This document shows, one piece after another, positions 1-11,950 of a stretch of 64,000 nt of DNA. The notes under the pieces are model-generated. The model was given only the letters and a program-made list of their open reading frames with translations. It did not search any database and was not told the DNA's origin. The stretch covers positions 248,001 through 312,000 of the forward strand of contig JASVEC010000015.1 of NCBI GenBank assembly GCA_030770535.1, written 5' to 3'. The translations under genes and the position numbers were made by a program. The stretch comes from Batkoa obscura. Its lineage: Eukaryota. Each line of letters starts with the position of its first letter. The stretch's first letter is position 1.

Positions 1-972
1 TCATTCTTATTAAATTATTCAATCTATTATTCTATAAAGGTTATTTATAGTAATGTCATTTCTATCTTCAATATTTTGTTTATTCTTTTGAAATAAATTT
101 TAAAATAATCTTTAGTTAAATATTAAAATGAAAATGCCACTTCCATATTCAGATTTTAATATTTTTAATTAATTTAATAATCTTAAAACAGTCAATTTAT
201 AACTTTTAAGCGTTTTTACCTATTTGTAAATTAGAGCGAGATAAGATACCATAAAGGTAAGCAAGGTGTTTGTAGGAACTATTAGATTGCGGGAAGACTT
301 TCAGTTTCCTATAAACCATCCAAAGACGATAAGAAATTATATTGAACTCATTTAAATTTGTTCCTTTGTATGCTCAAACGGACATGATAGGTTGCGGAAG
401 TAGAAAAAAAGGGAGTTTTCATATAATAATTTGGGACAATTGAGGTGAATTACTTAGATATGTTAATCCTTCAATCCTATATAAACAACTCAACTTACTA
501 AATAAGTATACATACTAGATGTCTGTATAACTTCGAATCTTTTTACTTTATATGATGTTCTAATACAACAGTTTCAATTTTTATAATACTCTTGACAAAC
601 TTAATCAATAGCTCAATTATAAAGTTAAGTTTAAAATTTTATTTTTATTTCTTTATTTGTAAATGCCTTATGTTATTTTTTTATAGCAGTTTTCTAAATA
701 TTTTTAAAATAAAATATACCCAGTAATTTTTTCAATACTGATTTAATAGCAACACTTTATAGTTTGTTTACAGAGTCTTTAGATTATTATGTGTTGGCTG
801 TTTTAAAAGCTTGTTATTTAATATATACACTTATTGCATTTTAAAGAAATAAGCCACTTTTAATAAAAGTTAATGGGATTGCTTGTCATGTAATAGTTTA
901 ATAGGTGAACCTAAAACACCTTATTTGGTATATCACTTTATTGAAAAAAGTCTCTTTCACAAAAGTTCATTT

Positions 973-1070
973 GGAGACGTTTTTTTGGCTTCATCACTTT
1001 TTCGATCCTTTAAGCATTATTTAAGTGAAAAAATTCTTGATAAAATTCTTAAACACAAAAGATATATCTC
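973..1070. mobile_element. ~98 bp MITE (Sola-type ends), degenerate copy
   Basis: Matches the family consensus GGGGATGT..TTCATTATTTTTCCATTTTTAAGCGCTATTTGAGTGGAAAA..GTAAAATTCTTAAACACAAAAATACATCCCC; termini eroded. Confidence 0.75.
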
Positions 1071-1923
1071 TCGTTTTATAGTCATACTAAAATTTTAACA
1101 TAAGAGAAATAAAGTAATGAAGTCAAAATCGACATATCTTTCAAAACTATATTTATTATATTTGACGATTTAATCCTCTTTACCATCATACTATTTTAAA
1201 ATAAAGTAAGCTTGTTTTATTTTTGGTACTAGTCCACAATTTCATAGTCTTCAATTCAGCCTCGATAACCTAACATTTATCAAAATACTAAATAAGTTTT
1301 TTATGTAAACCTTCAATAAACAAACCATGTCAAGAGCTAACATACATTAGATATAAGAACCTCTTGAAAAATCTAAATTTGAAGCGAATAGTTGTTTCTG
1401 CACCAATATTTATGAGACCTCAGGTTTATCACCAGTAGCATTAATTACATATCACAGTGCAAAGCAGCTTTGAGCTTACAAAATAAAACAGTATTTCCTA
1501 AAACTCAAACTATTGTGTTATCCTAGGATCGGTCATGAGATATCTAAAAGTATTTAATAACTCAGATTGAGTTCAATTAAAAGCTGTAGTTAACGGGAAT
1601 GACTGATGTTAGTTAGATAATAAACGGACCATAAAGCATTTGTTTCTGATTGTATGTTAAGCAATCTACTGGAAACCAGATTCCGCTGTAATATTAAAAG
1701 GTAATTAATGATTAGTCATCATCATAGTTTTTGGCTAGTTCATAAACGAACTCATCACATAATAACTACTCTAGGTCATCGAGGTTAAGGGGTTTTTTGA
1801 TCCTAAAACTTTAAAATTACATTTGATAAAAGTCGAACTTATAAACATTTAATAAAATTAGAATTCAATAGCAATAATATAAAATGTAGTCAAATCTAAC
1901 AAAAATATCAAATTTTTATTAAG

Positions 1924-2199
1924 TTAAAGACTATTGACGATCTTTTTAACCCATCTCTTTCCGAACTTCTTATTATGATACTTATTGAATAGCTCAACAC
2001 CTAATTTTGTTGGTTTATATACTGGAAGTTTTGGTACATTTGTCTTTGGCTTTGGTATTTGATCTTCCGCTTTACCGACAACATAACGATGAGCTAAATC
2101 CTTGGCTACCTCCGTGCCTAATTTAACACCTGCTCTGAGTATCCCAGAACCAGTAACAAAGTATAAAGATAAGAGGAAGAATAAGAAGAATTTGAACAT
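1924..2199 (-). CDS. Small secreted Lys-rich protein (91 aa), paralogue A
   Basis: Hydrophobic signal-peptide-like N-terminus MFKFFLFFLLSLYFVTG; gapless alignment to 3807..4082; TATAAAAG about 80 bp upstream. Confidence 0.85.
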   Translation of the reverse strand: MFKFFLFFLLSLYFVTGSGILRAGVKLGTEVAKDLAHRYVVGKAEDQIPKPKTNVPKLPVYKPTKLGVELFNKYHNKKFGKRWVKKIVNSL

Positions 2200-2618
2200 G
2201 ATTCAGCTGTTTTTACTTAGACTATTGTATTTATATTAATTGTTTAATGCTTTTGTCTTCTTGAAATTGTATCCCTTTTATACTATTGATTTTTATTTTT
2301 ATTAATACAAAGTTTTTTGTTAAAGCATTAATATTGGTGCTTTTATCAGCATGAATTCATATTTTCAAATATCAATATATTTATTTTAATACCACGAGTT
2401 CATTTTAAAAATATTGATATATTTTTTTGTTTTTTATTTACTTTTTAAGGCAATTTTTTAGTGAATTTTTAAAACTTTATATTCAATTATTGTTATTTAA
2501 TACATGATGCTAATATCTTTACTGGAATATTGTTATATTTAAGCCATTTTTATTTTAAATATAAATTTAATAGATAAGCTATGAAATAATATGGATAATT
2601 AACTTTATTTATCCAAAT

Positions 2619-2717
2619 GAGGATGTTTTTTTTTGGCTTCATTATTTTTCTATCTTTTAAGCACTATTTGAGTGGAAAAATTGTTAGTAAAATTCTCAAA
2701 TACAAAAATACATCTCC
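2619..2717. mobile_element. ~98 bp MITE
   Basis: GAGGATGT...ACATCTCC, TSD AAAT/AAAT. Confidence 0.85.
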
Positions 2718-3806
2718 AAATTATGTTATTAGTTTCGCTTTATAGTTTTATATAAAGTGCTTTTACATATCTGTAGCAACCATAATAGGGTGCCAAATTA
2801 CTATGATTCAAAAATTTATTTATTTGTTTCTAATTCGTATTTTAGTGTATTAATTAATTACGATAACTTGTTTATAATTTAGATAATGATGATGTAGCTA
2901 GATTCATCTAATATTAAATGTAATAATAGTAAGTTTGAAATAAAAATTCTATTGAATACTTCTTCTATTTTAATGAATAAAAAATAAATCAAGAACTGTT
3001 AACTAATAACTTGCTCACATATTTTTAAATAATATATTAATTCCTAAATTAATTTCATAGTCAAATTTATTCCATTTTATAGCACCATCTTAATATTTTT
3101 GATATTTAATTCCAAAATATTGAGGTTATGTTTTTGCTTACAGCCTATGACTTTATTACTTTCAATTCATTTTTGTAACTTGCTGTTTATTAAAACATAC
3201 AATGAGTAATTGACATAGATAAGCACTCAGTAAATTAATTACAAGAAAAAATAAAATCATTAGTTATAGTAACTTATTAACTAAATGATTGTTTAGGCCT
3301 ACTCTTTGTGGAATTAAGTTTGATACTTGCAATATTAACTACTAAGTGTAAATAAAGATACTCTTCACTGAAAAAAACAAATCAATACCACTCACAAACT
3401 AAGCTACTATATATATAGGGCTAGGTATAAGAGATCTGAATATATTTAGTAAGTTAAATCAACTACAATTGAATTTACAATCATTGAGAATAATTAGTCT
3501 ATTAAATAAAAATAGAACAAAACGTTTGTTTAATTGTGGTAGAAGGAAATCTATTACAAACTTATCCTACTGTTATGATAAAATGCACATGTAGTTGTTA
3601 TTGATATAGATAGTGATTAATTTCTAAGTAAACTGACTATACAGTGATTACCTTGACTATTAAATTATAATTGTTTAGCTTTATTAATCTAAAAACTACT
3701 TATAATAAGATATAAATTACTTTTAAAGGACTTTATAAAATAAAACATCGAATAATAGTAATATAGTTTATAAAGGATCTTATAAAAATAACAATTTATT
3801 ATTCAG

Positions 3807-4082
3807 TTAAAGGCTTTTAACGATTTTTTTAATCCAACTTCTTCCAAATCTCTTTTTTTGATACTCATTAAAATATTCAACACCTAGCTTTGTAGGTTTT
3901 GGCATTTGAAATTTTGGTGCATCCGTATTTGGCTTTGGTGTTTGATCTTCCATTTTACCAACAACATAACGATGAGACATGTCTTTAGCTACTTCTGTAA
4001 CTATTTTAGTACCTGCTTTAATTATTTTGGAGCCAGTAACAAAATATAAGGATAAGAATAAGAGTAAAAGGGATTTAAACAT
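3807..4082 (-). CDS. Small secreted Lys-rich protein (91 aa), paralogue B
   Basis: Signal-peptide-like N-terminus; shares TEVAKD.HRYVVGK.EDQ.PKP and KPTKLGVE with 1924..2199; flanks also similar. Confidence 0.85.
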   Translation of the reverse strand: MFKSLLLLFLSLYFVTGSKIIKAGTKIVTEVAKDMSHRYVVGKMEDQTPKPNTDAPKFQMPKPTKLGVEYFNEYQKKRFGRSWIKKIVKSL

Positions 4083-4975
4083 TATTCTACTATTATTAAT
4101 TTGAAATTATATGTGTGTATTGACTGTTTATAATTTTGTTTACTAGAAAACTCAAGCCTTTTATACTATTTGTTACTATTACTATTATTATTTTAAAATA
4201 TAACTCAGTAAATTAGCCATGAGAGTAAAAGAATACCCGGCTTAACTTATTAACATTTTATTATTAATTTCAATATTTACCTTTATATCAAGCATTTTTT
4301 GGTGGATAATGAAACAGTGTAATTGAAGATTTAGTTGAGCTATTGAAATGTTAAAAAATACTAATTAAATTTGTTAACAATTTAAAACACAGTCTCCTTT
4401 CTTCATCATCTACTCAAAAGCATTATGCGTATATTTTACTTTTTAATTTATTTTTGATTTATTTATAATTTATTGGTCTAGTATCAATGATCCATTTATT
4501 AGTTAGATATATAAATAACCCAGCAAAGTTTATTTGATATTAAAATATATGTAGGTTTAAATAGGTGTTCATTTTAAATGTTTTTTATTTTAATAAGCAA
4601 ATAAATAAAATAAAAGCTGTTAAATAAGACCATATTCACTCCTTTTTTAAAGACGTTCTATTATTAAGATATTATATATATATATTATTGATTCATTATA
4701 GTTTTATCTTTAATCTATCTTTGTGTTGTAGTTTATATTATATTATATATATTAAATTTAATATACCTGATTTATTGTTAACCATCAAATTATAATAATA
4801 TTTTCCCTTCAACTTAAATCTAAAATATCCAATGAAAGAACAAAATGCAATAACAAGCCAATAAAAACAACAGTTGTCACTTGAAAATTAGTTAATGACA
4901 AAGGAAAATAAATAAAAATAAGTTGTTATTATTAAGCCAACTATTTATTCAAATATATGCAAATTTAATTTTATA

Positions 4976-6803
4976 ATGGAACATATAAAAGTAACCAAGG
5001 TAACTATAAGTCATTTGAAAATCACAACTTCCAATTAAATATATTAAGGTAAATGATGTAAGTCTTTTAATGCACTCAGAGACCCTAATTGGAACTTTAC
5101 ATTTAACCCCGCACCATCTCATTTTCTCTCATCCAAATGAAGAAAAATGGGTTACTTATTCTTTGATTTCATCCGTACAATGTCTACCTTTAACTGATGA
5201 TGGTAAATATCCTTTAGAAATTAAATGCCATCACTTTCTTTTTTTTGTACTTTCTTTTAAATCTCAAAGCCTTGTATTAGACGCTTTTGATTCCATTAAG
5301 AAGTTAACTTGCATAGGTAAACTCTAATCTATTTTTCTGAAAAATTGATTTTATATTTTTATAATTTCAGATGCTATTACTAGTGTTTATGCGTTTTATT
5401 TTGAGCCTCGTACCCCATTTACCTTCAAACGTGAACAGGGCTGGAAGATCTACGAACCTATGGAAGAGTTCCGACGTATGGGAATAGAAACAAACAGCAA
5501 TAGCTGGAGATTCACAACGATTAATTCTAGTTATAATTTTAGCCCTACTTATCCTAGCACCTTAGTAGTCCCAACATCAGTAAGTGATGCGGTTTTAAAA
5601 TATGCTTGTAAATATCGAAGTAAATGTCGACTTCCAGTGTTAACTTATTTACATCCAAATGGATCTTCTATTACAAGATGTAGTCAGCCACTACTTGGTA
5701 TTCAAAAAAATCGCTCGTACCAAGATGAAAGATTAATTCAAGCTATTTTTGAAACCAAACCTTCAAAAGATAACCTTATTGTTGATGCAAGACCTGGGGT
5801 TAATGCTATGGCTAATCAAGCTATTGGTGCAGGTTCGGAGAATATGGACTTTTATCCCAACTGTAAAAGAGAGTTCATGGGTATAGAAAATATACATGTA
5901 GTAAGGGAATCACTTAATAAATTAAATGAAGCTATTTGCATTGCAGATGGGAAAGGAGTTATTAGTAGAATACAATTAACCAAAAGCAATTGGCTTAAGC
6001 ATATTCGAACAATAATGGACGCTACTAACCAAGTAATAAAGCATGTTGATGAATTAGATTCTCATGTTGTTGTACATTGTTCCGATGGCTGGGATCGTAC
6101 AGCCCAAATCACTTCACTTTCTGCGCTATGCCTGGATCCCTTTTATCGCACTATAAAAGGGTTTTGTATATTAATTGAAAAGGACTGGATAAGTTTTGGA
6201 TATAAATTTCGTAGTCGATGTGGGCATTTGACAAAAAGCAAAGCATTTGTAGATAATTCTTCTATTCAATTGAATCATACTAGTAGCCCAAGTTTGCTTT
6301 CCAATATGCAAAATAAGTTTTATCAATATGCCTCAGCTAAACCGGAACAGGATAAAGAAACAAGCCCAATTTTTCATCAATTTTTAGACTGTACGTATCA
6401 ACTTTGGACACAGAATCCAACCATGTTTGAATTTAATGAAAAGTTTTTGATACATTTATATCAACATACTTATTCTTGTCAATTTGCTAACTTTTTATTT
6501 GATAGAGAACAGGACTTAAAACAGCAACCTAATTTATTTAATAGCACGTATTCGATTTGGTCGAAAATCATGTCGGATAAAGACCAATACATTAATCCAA
6601 TTTATTCAACTGATATTGATAATAATAAAAGTATTATTGCTGATACCAGATACCTTAAATATTGGTCAGCTTTGTTTTGCCGTAGGGATGAAGAATTGAA
6701 CTATCATTCTCCTCCACCTTCGTTGCCTTTGTTACCCATTAGCTCAAAATCAAATAGTGATGAATCTTTTTCAGTCAAAATTACCAGCTTTATGGAAAAT
6801 TAA
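4976..6803 (+). CDS. YMR1: Myotubularin-family phosphoinositide 3-phosphatase (MTMR6/Ymr1-like); exons 4976-4999, 5049-5316, 5371-6803
   Basis: Catalytic HCSDGWDRT motif; spliced N-terminus MEHIKVTKVNDV...GTLHLT (PH-GRAM-like); SPIFHQFLDC..Q and FEFNE motifs; two GT-AG introns restore one frame. Confidence 0.93.
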
Positions 6804-7695
6804 AGCAGAGTATGATAAATTATTGATAATTTCCTATCAAAAAAAAACAAAATTGAGTGACGAAATGTACTTAATTAAAGTGATTGAATCAATGTATTGC
6901 TAATAGTTATCGTGACGCTGTCTTAAGTATATAAGTTTGGTATTAAATTTTATTGTTAAAATGAGTTGTAATAATTATTATTGTAAAATTAAACATATTT
7001 CAATTACTTGAAAAATAAACAAGCTTCAACTTTACCACTTTACTAACTTTGAATATTGTTTTGTATTACATAGCTAAAATCCTTAGGTTATCGTATAAAA
7101 TAGTAGTTTAAATATTCCCAAAACATTAAACATTTATTATAATTACCAAATATAAATGTCTTTTTTTGCTTCAGTGTTTAACTAATAATGAAGACTTTAT
7201 TTTGTACAAAGACAGACAAATAACAGAATAAAAAAGGAAGTAAATTAGTGTCCAGATAAATCCACCTTTGATGGTAATTTATCTCTATACCATTAAAAAT
7301 ACGTCACAAATAGAAAATAAAATTGCAATATGAAAGAATAATACTAACTTTGAACCTAAAACTAGCTTTAGTTTTCTAACAATATCAGTATGGATTTTAA
7401 TTAAAATCATTTAAAACATTGTCCTTTAAACATTATCTGTAGCTGCATTTATAATTAAATCAATTGTTGGTTGGATGAAATTCATTTTACCCAAAAACGG
7501 ATATTTTATCAGGATATTTGCTTGCTACTACTGCAGTGAAAGATATTACATTGTTATTTTATGATAGAGAATATAGTCTTTATACCAAGAAAAAATTACA
7601 AAAATAGCAACTAGACAATGAGTCGAATCTCTAATGTTTATATCTGGAATCAGTTTTTGTCATATTTTTATAGTCCAAAATGACATACAATATAT

Positions 7696-7885
7696 GGGGT
7701 TGTCTGAATTAGTTTTATTATTTTATCCAATTTTTTATTAAAACAAGAGTATCCAGATACAGTTCTAAATCATTCTATTCTAGTTTATACTGCAAGTTAG
7801 CTGAATTTTTAATAGATCTTAAATACATATTGTCATGAAATTTTATTGAGAAATGTTTATTATTGACTACTTTATAACTAATATT
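7696..7885 (-). mobile_element. Extra, internally deleted copy of the Sola-like transposon 3' end
   Basis: Starts GGGGTTGTCTGAATTAGTTT after ATAT and repeats 7886..~8125 with a deletion. Confidence 0.8.
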
Positions 7886-10307
7886 GGGGTTGTCTGAATT
7901 AGTTTCATTATTTTATCCAATTTTTGAAAAAAAAATTATTTTAAAAACTTCGCTTAAAATTCTATAAAATCACATCTTTTATTAAAACAAAAGTACCCAA
8001 ACAGAGCTCTAAATCATTCTATTATAGCTCATACTGTAAGTTAGTTGAATTTCTACTAGATCTTAGATACATGTTCTTATAAAGCTTAATTGAGAAATAT
8101 TTATTATCAACTGCTTTATAACCAACATCGTAGATTTATTATCAAATAAATAAACTACTTTAATGTTATAATTACATTATTAATATATTGCCAAGTTAAT
8201 AAATAGCTGCATGGGAGGGAGTGGTTAGCCCCAAAACTATAATTAACCATCCCTATATAGTACAAGTAATAATAGTTTTTACATATTATTACAGTTACTT
8301 GTTCTTTGACTATTTATTAACTTAGCTATTAATAACTTAAGTAATCTTAACATTTAACAATCTATTTCTATCATTCAACAAACTACTTACTTGCTTAGTA
8401 AATATCGAAATTTTTAAATTCTCTGTTATCTTCGTAAGGTAAGCTGGGATCGATCTTTTAATTTTTCTGTTTTCTATAGACTCTATAACTTTAATTGGGG
8501 CTATATCGCTTTTTTTTGATGTATCAGATACTGGATAACAATGTAGTTTATTGTTATGTTTAATAAAATGTAAATACTTCTTAATGCCCTGCATCTCTAT
8601 TATTCTTTTTGTATTTTTGTTTCTTTTATACTTTTTAAAAATTATATCTGTTTTCCCATTATTAACAGTCGAGTTATTAATTTTATTATGCTCACAAATA
8701 AAAGCCTCAAATCTTGAAATTAATTGATCGATATCTTCTATTTTACGTAACGCTTCAAAACTACTTTTCCATTTTGAAAGGTTTCCAAAATGTCCATCAA
8801 CTGTACTTTCTCCATGATGCTCAGCAAAAAAATTAAGATTGACATTCAAACTACTATTTATTTTATGAATTTCTTTAAACATATAGTGTAGAAACTCTTG
8901 GGATCTAAAATGATTTCCTGTATCTGCCCATATATTAATTTTTGTAAACTTTTTAAATAGAAGCTCTGTAGAGATTAAATCGATTAAACAATCTCCTGCA
9001 TATGCTGAATCATGATTCAATATTTCAGATAAATAATCAAAGTAAACTTTGCCTATTGCTTTATCACCTTTTAAATATAAAACACCAAAGCCTAATACTG
9101 ATATACCTTGTTTATCATAATGGTCTAAATTTATTGAATCTGGCCTTGTTCCTATTTCCATATTTTGTTTAAAATCTAAAATTATTATACAACTCTTATT
9201 GTCCAATTTTTTAATAGTTTCATTAAATATGTTTTTTTAAGTATCAACACAGAATTTTTATCATTTTTATAATTTTTCTTATTCGTTGAAAATTTCTTTT
9301 ATCTCTGCTTCGTTTTCTATCGCTGTATTTATTTTATTTTCAAATAACTTTTTTCTAACTATATACTGATTACATGTATTACATAGATCTGTTTTTCTTG
9401 CTGCATTTTTGAAATTACTTGGTATATATTTAAAAAATGCCGATCTAGCTACTGCTTTATCTTTCAAATCATTAGAATGTTTACTATGTATCATTCTTCT
9501 ACTTTTATTCAATATATATATTATCTGATATATTTACTATCATTATTTTTTTTATTGAATCTTGATGAAATAGTTGAATCATTTAGTAAATATTGTACAG
9601 TGGTTTCAATTTGGTCATCTTTAATTTTTTTTGTATTTTTAATAATAGGTTGTAATGTTGATATTTTATTATTATTACTTATTTTTGAATAATCACATTG
9701 ATTTCTATTTATATTAAACCCAATACTTTTACATTCATCAAAAGAATATACTAAAGCTATAGTTAATGATAATGCTACCTGTTGATTTTTATTTCCTGTT
9801 TTCCTTAAAACACTAATTTCATACATTGCTTGATTAAGTTTATTACTATCGATAGTAAACTTTGATAATATATCTTTTCTTTAGTTCGTTTTGTTATAAA
9901 ATTCCATAAACCTTGGGTTGTTATAAGTAGCTCTCAAAATTGATATAAATGAATTACAATGTTTATATTGTGTACTCCTCCCTATTGTATTGAAGTTTTC
10001 AAAAATTCCATTTCGAAATTTAGTTATGAAAGTTTGCATTTTATTTTTATTTCAACAAAAAATAAAGTCAAATAACTCTATTTATACAATTACATAGTTA
10101 TATACTATATATTTATTAAATATTCAACAGAAATAACATAAAACATATAGTTAGAAAAATTAACTATTTAAGAAAAGGAAACAATTAAAATAAGTTTTAA
10201 ATAAAGAGATTTAATTTTGGGCTTTTTAGATTTAACCGTCACATTAAAGATGCAAATTTAAAAACTTAGAATTTGGATTAATTTCTAAAATCAATTTGGA
10301 CAACTCC
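7886..10307 (-). mobile_element. Sola2-like DNA transposon, decayed copy 1 (~2.4 kb)
   Basis: Imperfect TIRs GGGGTTGTCTGAATTAGTTT / reverse complement GGAGTTGTCCAAATTGATTT; followed by ATAT; colinear with 33864..36470. Confidence 0.85.
8337..10039 (-). pseudogene. Fragmented DDD transposase (Sola2-like)
   Basis: ATG at 10039; stops at 9881-9883, 9521, 9279 and 9237 plus frameshifts; motifs LDFKQN, SEILNHDS, WADTG.HF, FFAEHHGESTVDGHFG; upstream DLCNTC. Confidence 0.8.
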
Positions 10308-10503
10308 ATATAATAATCAATTAGTAGATATACTTAAAGAAATGATTAAATATAATCTACTTTTTTTCTATTTTGATTCTTACATGATGAAAATTAAATC
10401 TCAATCTCTAATTTCTTTAATCATTTAAATTGGGTATATTTCAAATCCAACTTAGATAAGAAAAATGTTTGTTTTGATATTAAAAGAGCAATACTAAAAA
10501 TTC

Positions 10504-10575
10504 TGACCAGCAGAGGAGTCGAACCTCTAACCTCTAGATCTGGAGTCCAACGCGCTACCATTGCGCCAGCTAGCC
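10504..10575 (-). tRNA. tRNA-Trp(CCA)
   Basis: GGCTAGC TGGCGCAATGGTAGCGC..TTGGA-CT-CCA-GA-TCTAG..GGTTCGACTCC..GCTGGTC A; 72 nt cloverleaf. Confidence 0.95.
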
Positions 10576-10745
10576 AATTCCCTTTTGAGAATATTTTCTT
10601 ATACCTTTTCTCTGTTAGTTGTATTTAAAGGTTTTCAACTACAATAAGAAATTTTTTTACATTAACTAGCAACAATGTAATTTCACACAAGTAAGCTGAA
10701 TATGTCTGTTTAAATCAAGGAAAGAATTTGATGGGTTAAATAAGT

Positions 10746-10836
10746 AAGGGTGTTTTTTGGTTTCATTATTTTTCCATTTTAAGCGCTATTTGAGTGGAAA
10801 AACTGCTAGAATTCTCAAACAAAAAGATATAATTCC
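10746..10836. mobile_element. ~98 bp MITE, degenerate
   Basis: Internal consensus match (TAAGCGCTATTTGAGTGGAAAA); ends eroded. Confidence 0.75.
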
Positions 10837-10992
10837 ATATAATCTTTTTCAATATTCTTGTTTGATTATTAGTTTTGTTATAGTTATAGATAAAAGATTT
10901 CTTGAGTATTAGAAGCTGTTTTCAGTAATATTCGTACTACAATAACCCACTAACTACTAGTTTTAACTAGTTCAAGTTTGTTTTTTTAATAC

Positions 10993-11091
10993 GGGAGTGT
11001 TTTTTTTGACTTCATTATTTTTTCCATTTTCTAAGCGCCATTTAAGCGGAAAATTTGTTGGTAAAATTCTTAAACACAAAAATACATCCCC
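10993..11091. mobile_element. ~98 bp MITE
   Basis: GGGAGTGT...ACATCCCC, TSD ATAC/ATAC. Confidence 0.9.
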
Positions 11092-11852
11092 ATACAATAA
11101 TAATTTTTATTAGATTTAATAAAAATAAGCACTGTAGCTTCTTAATTATAATTTAGCTCGTTTTCTTTTGTATAGCAACAATAACACAAATTACTATTAA
11201 ATTAAAACAATCTGGAATTGAACACGCTGTTATTGTATCAACTAGTCTGTAAATTTTCGAACTTTTGCTTATCTTTTTGGTACGTTAATATTGTAAATTA
11301 TAAGAAATTATATTTTAATAAATTCATTGTTAAATAGGACTTGACCAACTAGGGCTGAGATAGTATTAGTTATTCAGTCTTTCAGATATAAGACTAGTAC
11401 AGGAGAAAGTCACTAATATAAGTACTTTACCTTTTAATTGATGACTCAGTATAAATAAATGATAAGACTATGTAAATTAAATAATGTCTAATATGATTGC
11501 CTGACTATTACAAGATTAAATAACACAAAACCACTCCACCCTTAACTCACGGGATCACTGAAATAACCTGCATCTCGAGGACTTCTACTCAATATCCCTT
11601 ATGCTAAATAGAAGTCTCCTTGTACCATTTAAAGTACAAAGGTATAACTAATTTGATTTTTTAATCTAATTTTTAAATATGCTATAATTTGCCATATTAA
11701 GTAGATATCTAACTTTTGTATTTTAATCGTTTATCGATTTGTTTATTATAATTTATAAAAATAGTATAAATATTTTAAATTTTAGAATATCCTATGTTCT
11801 AAATATTAAGAATAAATTTAGTTAATTAAATACCAAGCGGTTTTTAATATAT

Positions 11853-11950
11853 GGGGATGTGTTTTTTTTGTTTGAGAATTTTACTACAATCTTTCCACTC
11901 AAATAGTACTTAAAAGATGGAAAAATAACGAAACCAAAAAAAACAGCCCC
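11853..11950. mobile_element. ~98 bp MITE
   Basis: GGGGATGT...ACAGCCCC, flanks ATAT/ATGT. Confidence 0.88.

Noticed and set aside
204..422. Possible small minus-strand pseudogene in a slightly GC-richer patch
   Set aside because: Needs a frameshift and a stop read-through, and the peptide has no recognisable motif
883..1098. 71-aa ORF (also 28177-28359 and 33655-33846)
   Set aside because: These frames run through MITE copies; the shared peptide similarity is repeat-derived, not a gene family
1770..1800. GGGGTTTTTTG resembling the end of the T7 terminator
   Set aside because: No matching stem and no vector context; chance similarity
10307..10836. Mobile elements next to tRNA genes (also a partial MITE at 61288) suggesting tRNA targeting
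   Set aside because: At about one MITE per 2 kb, such proximity is expected by chance
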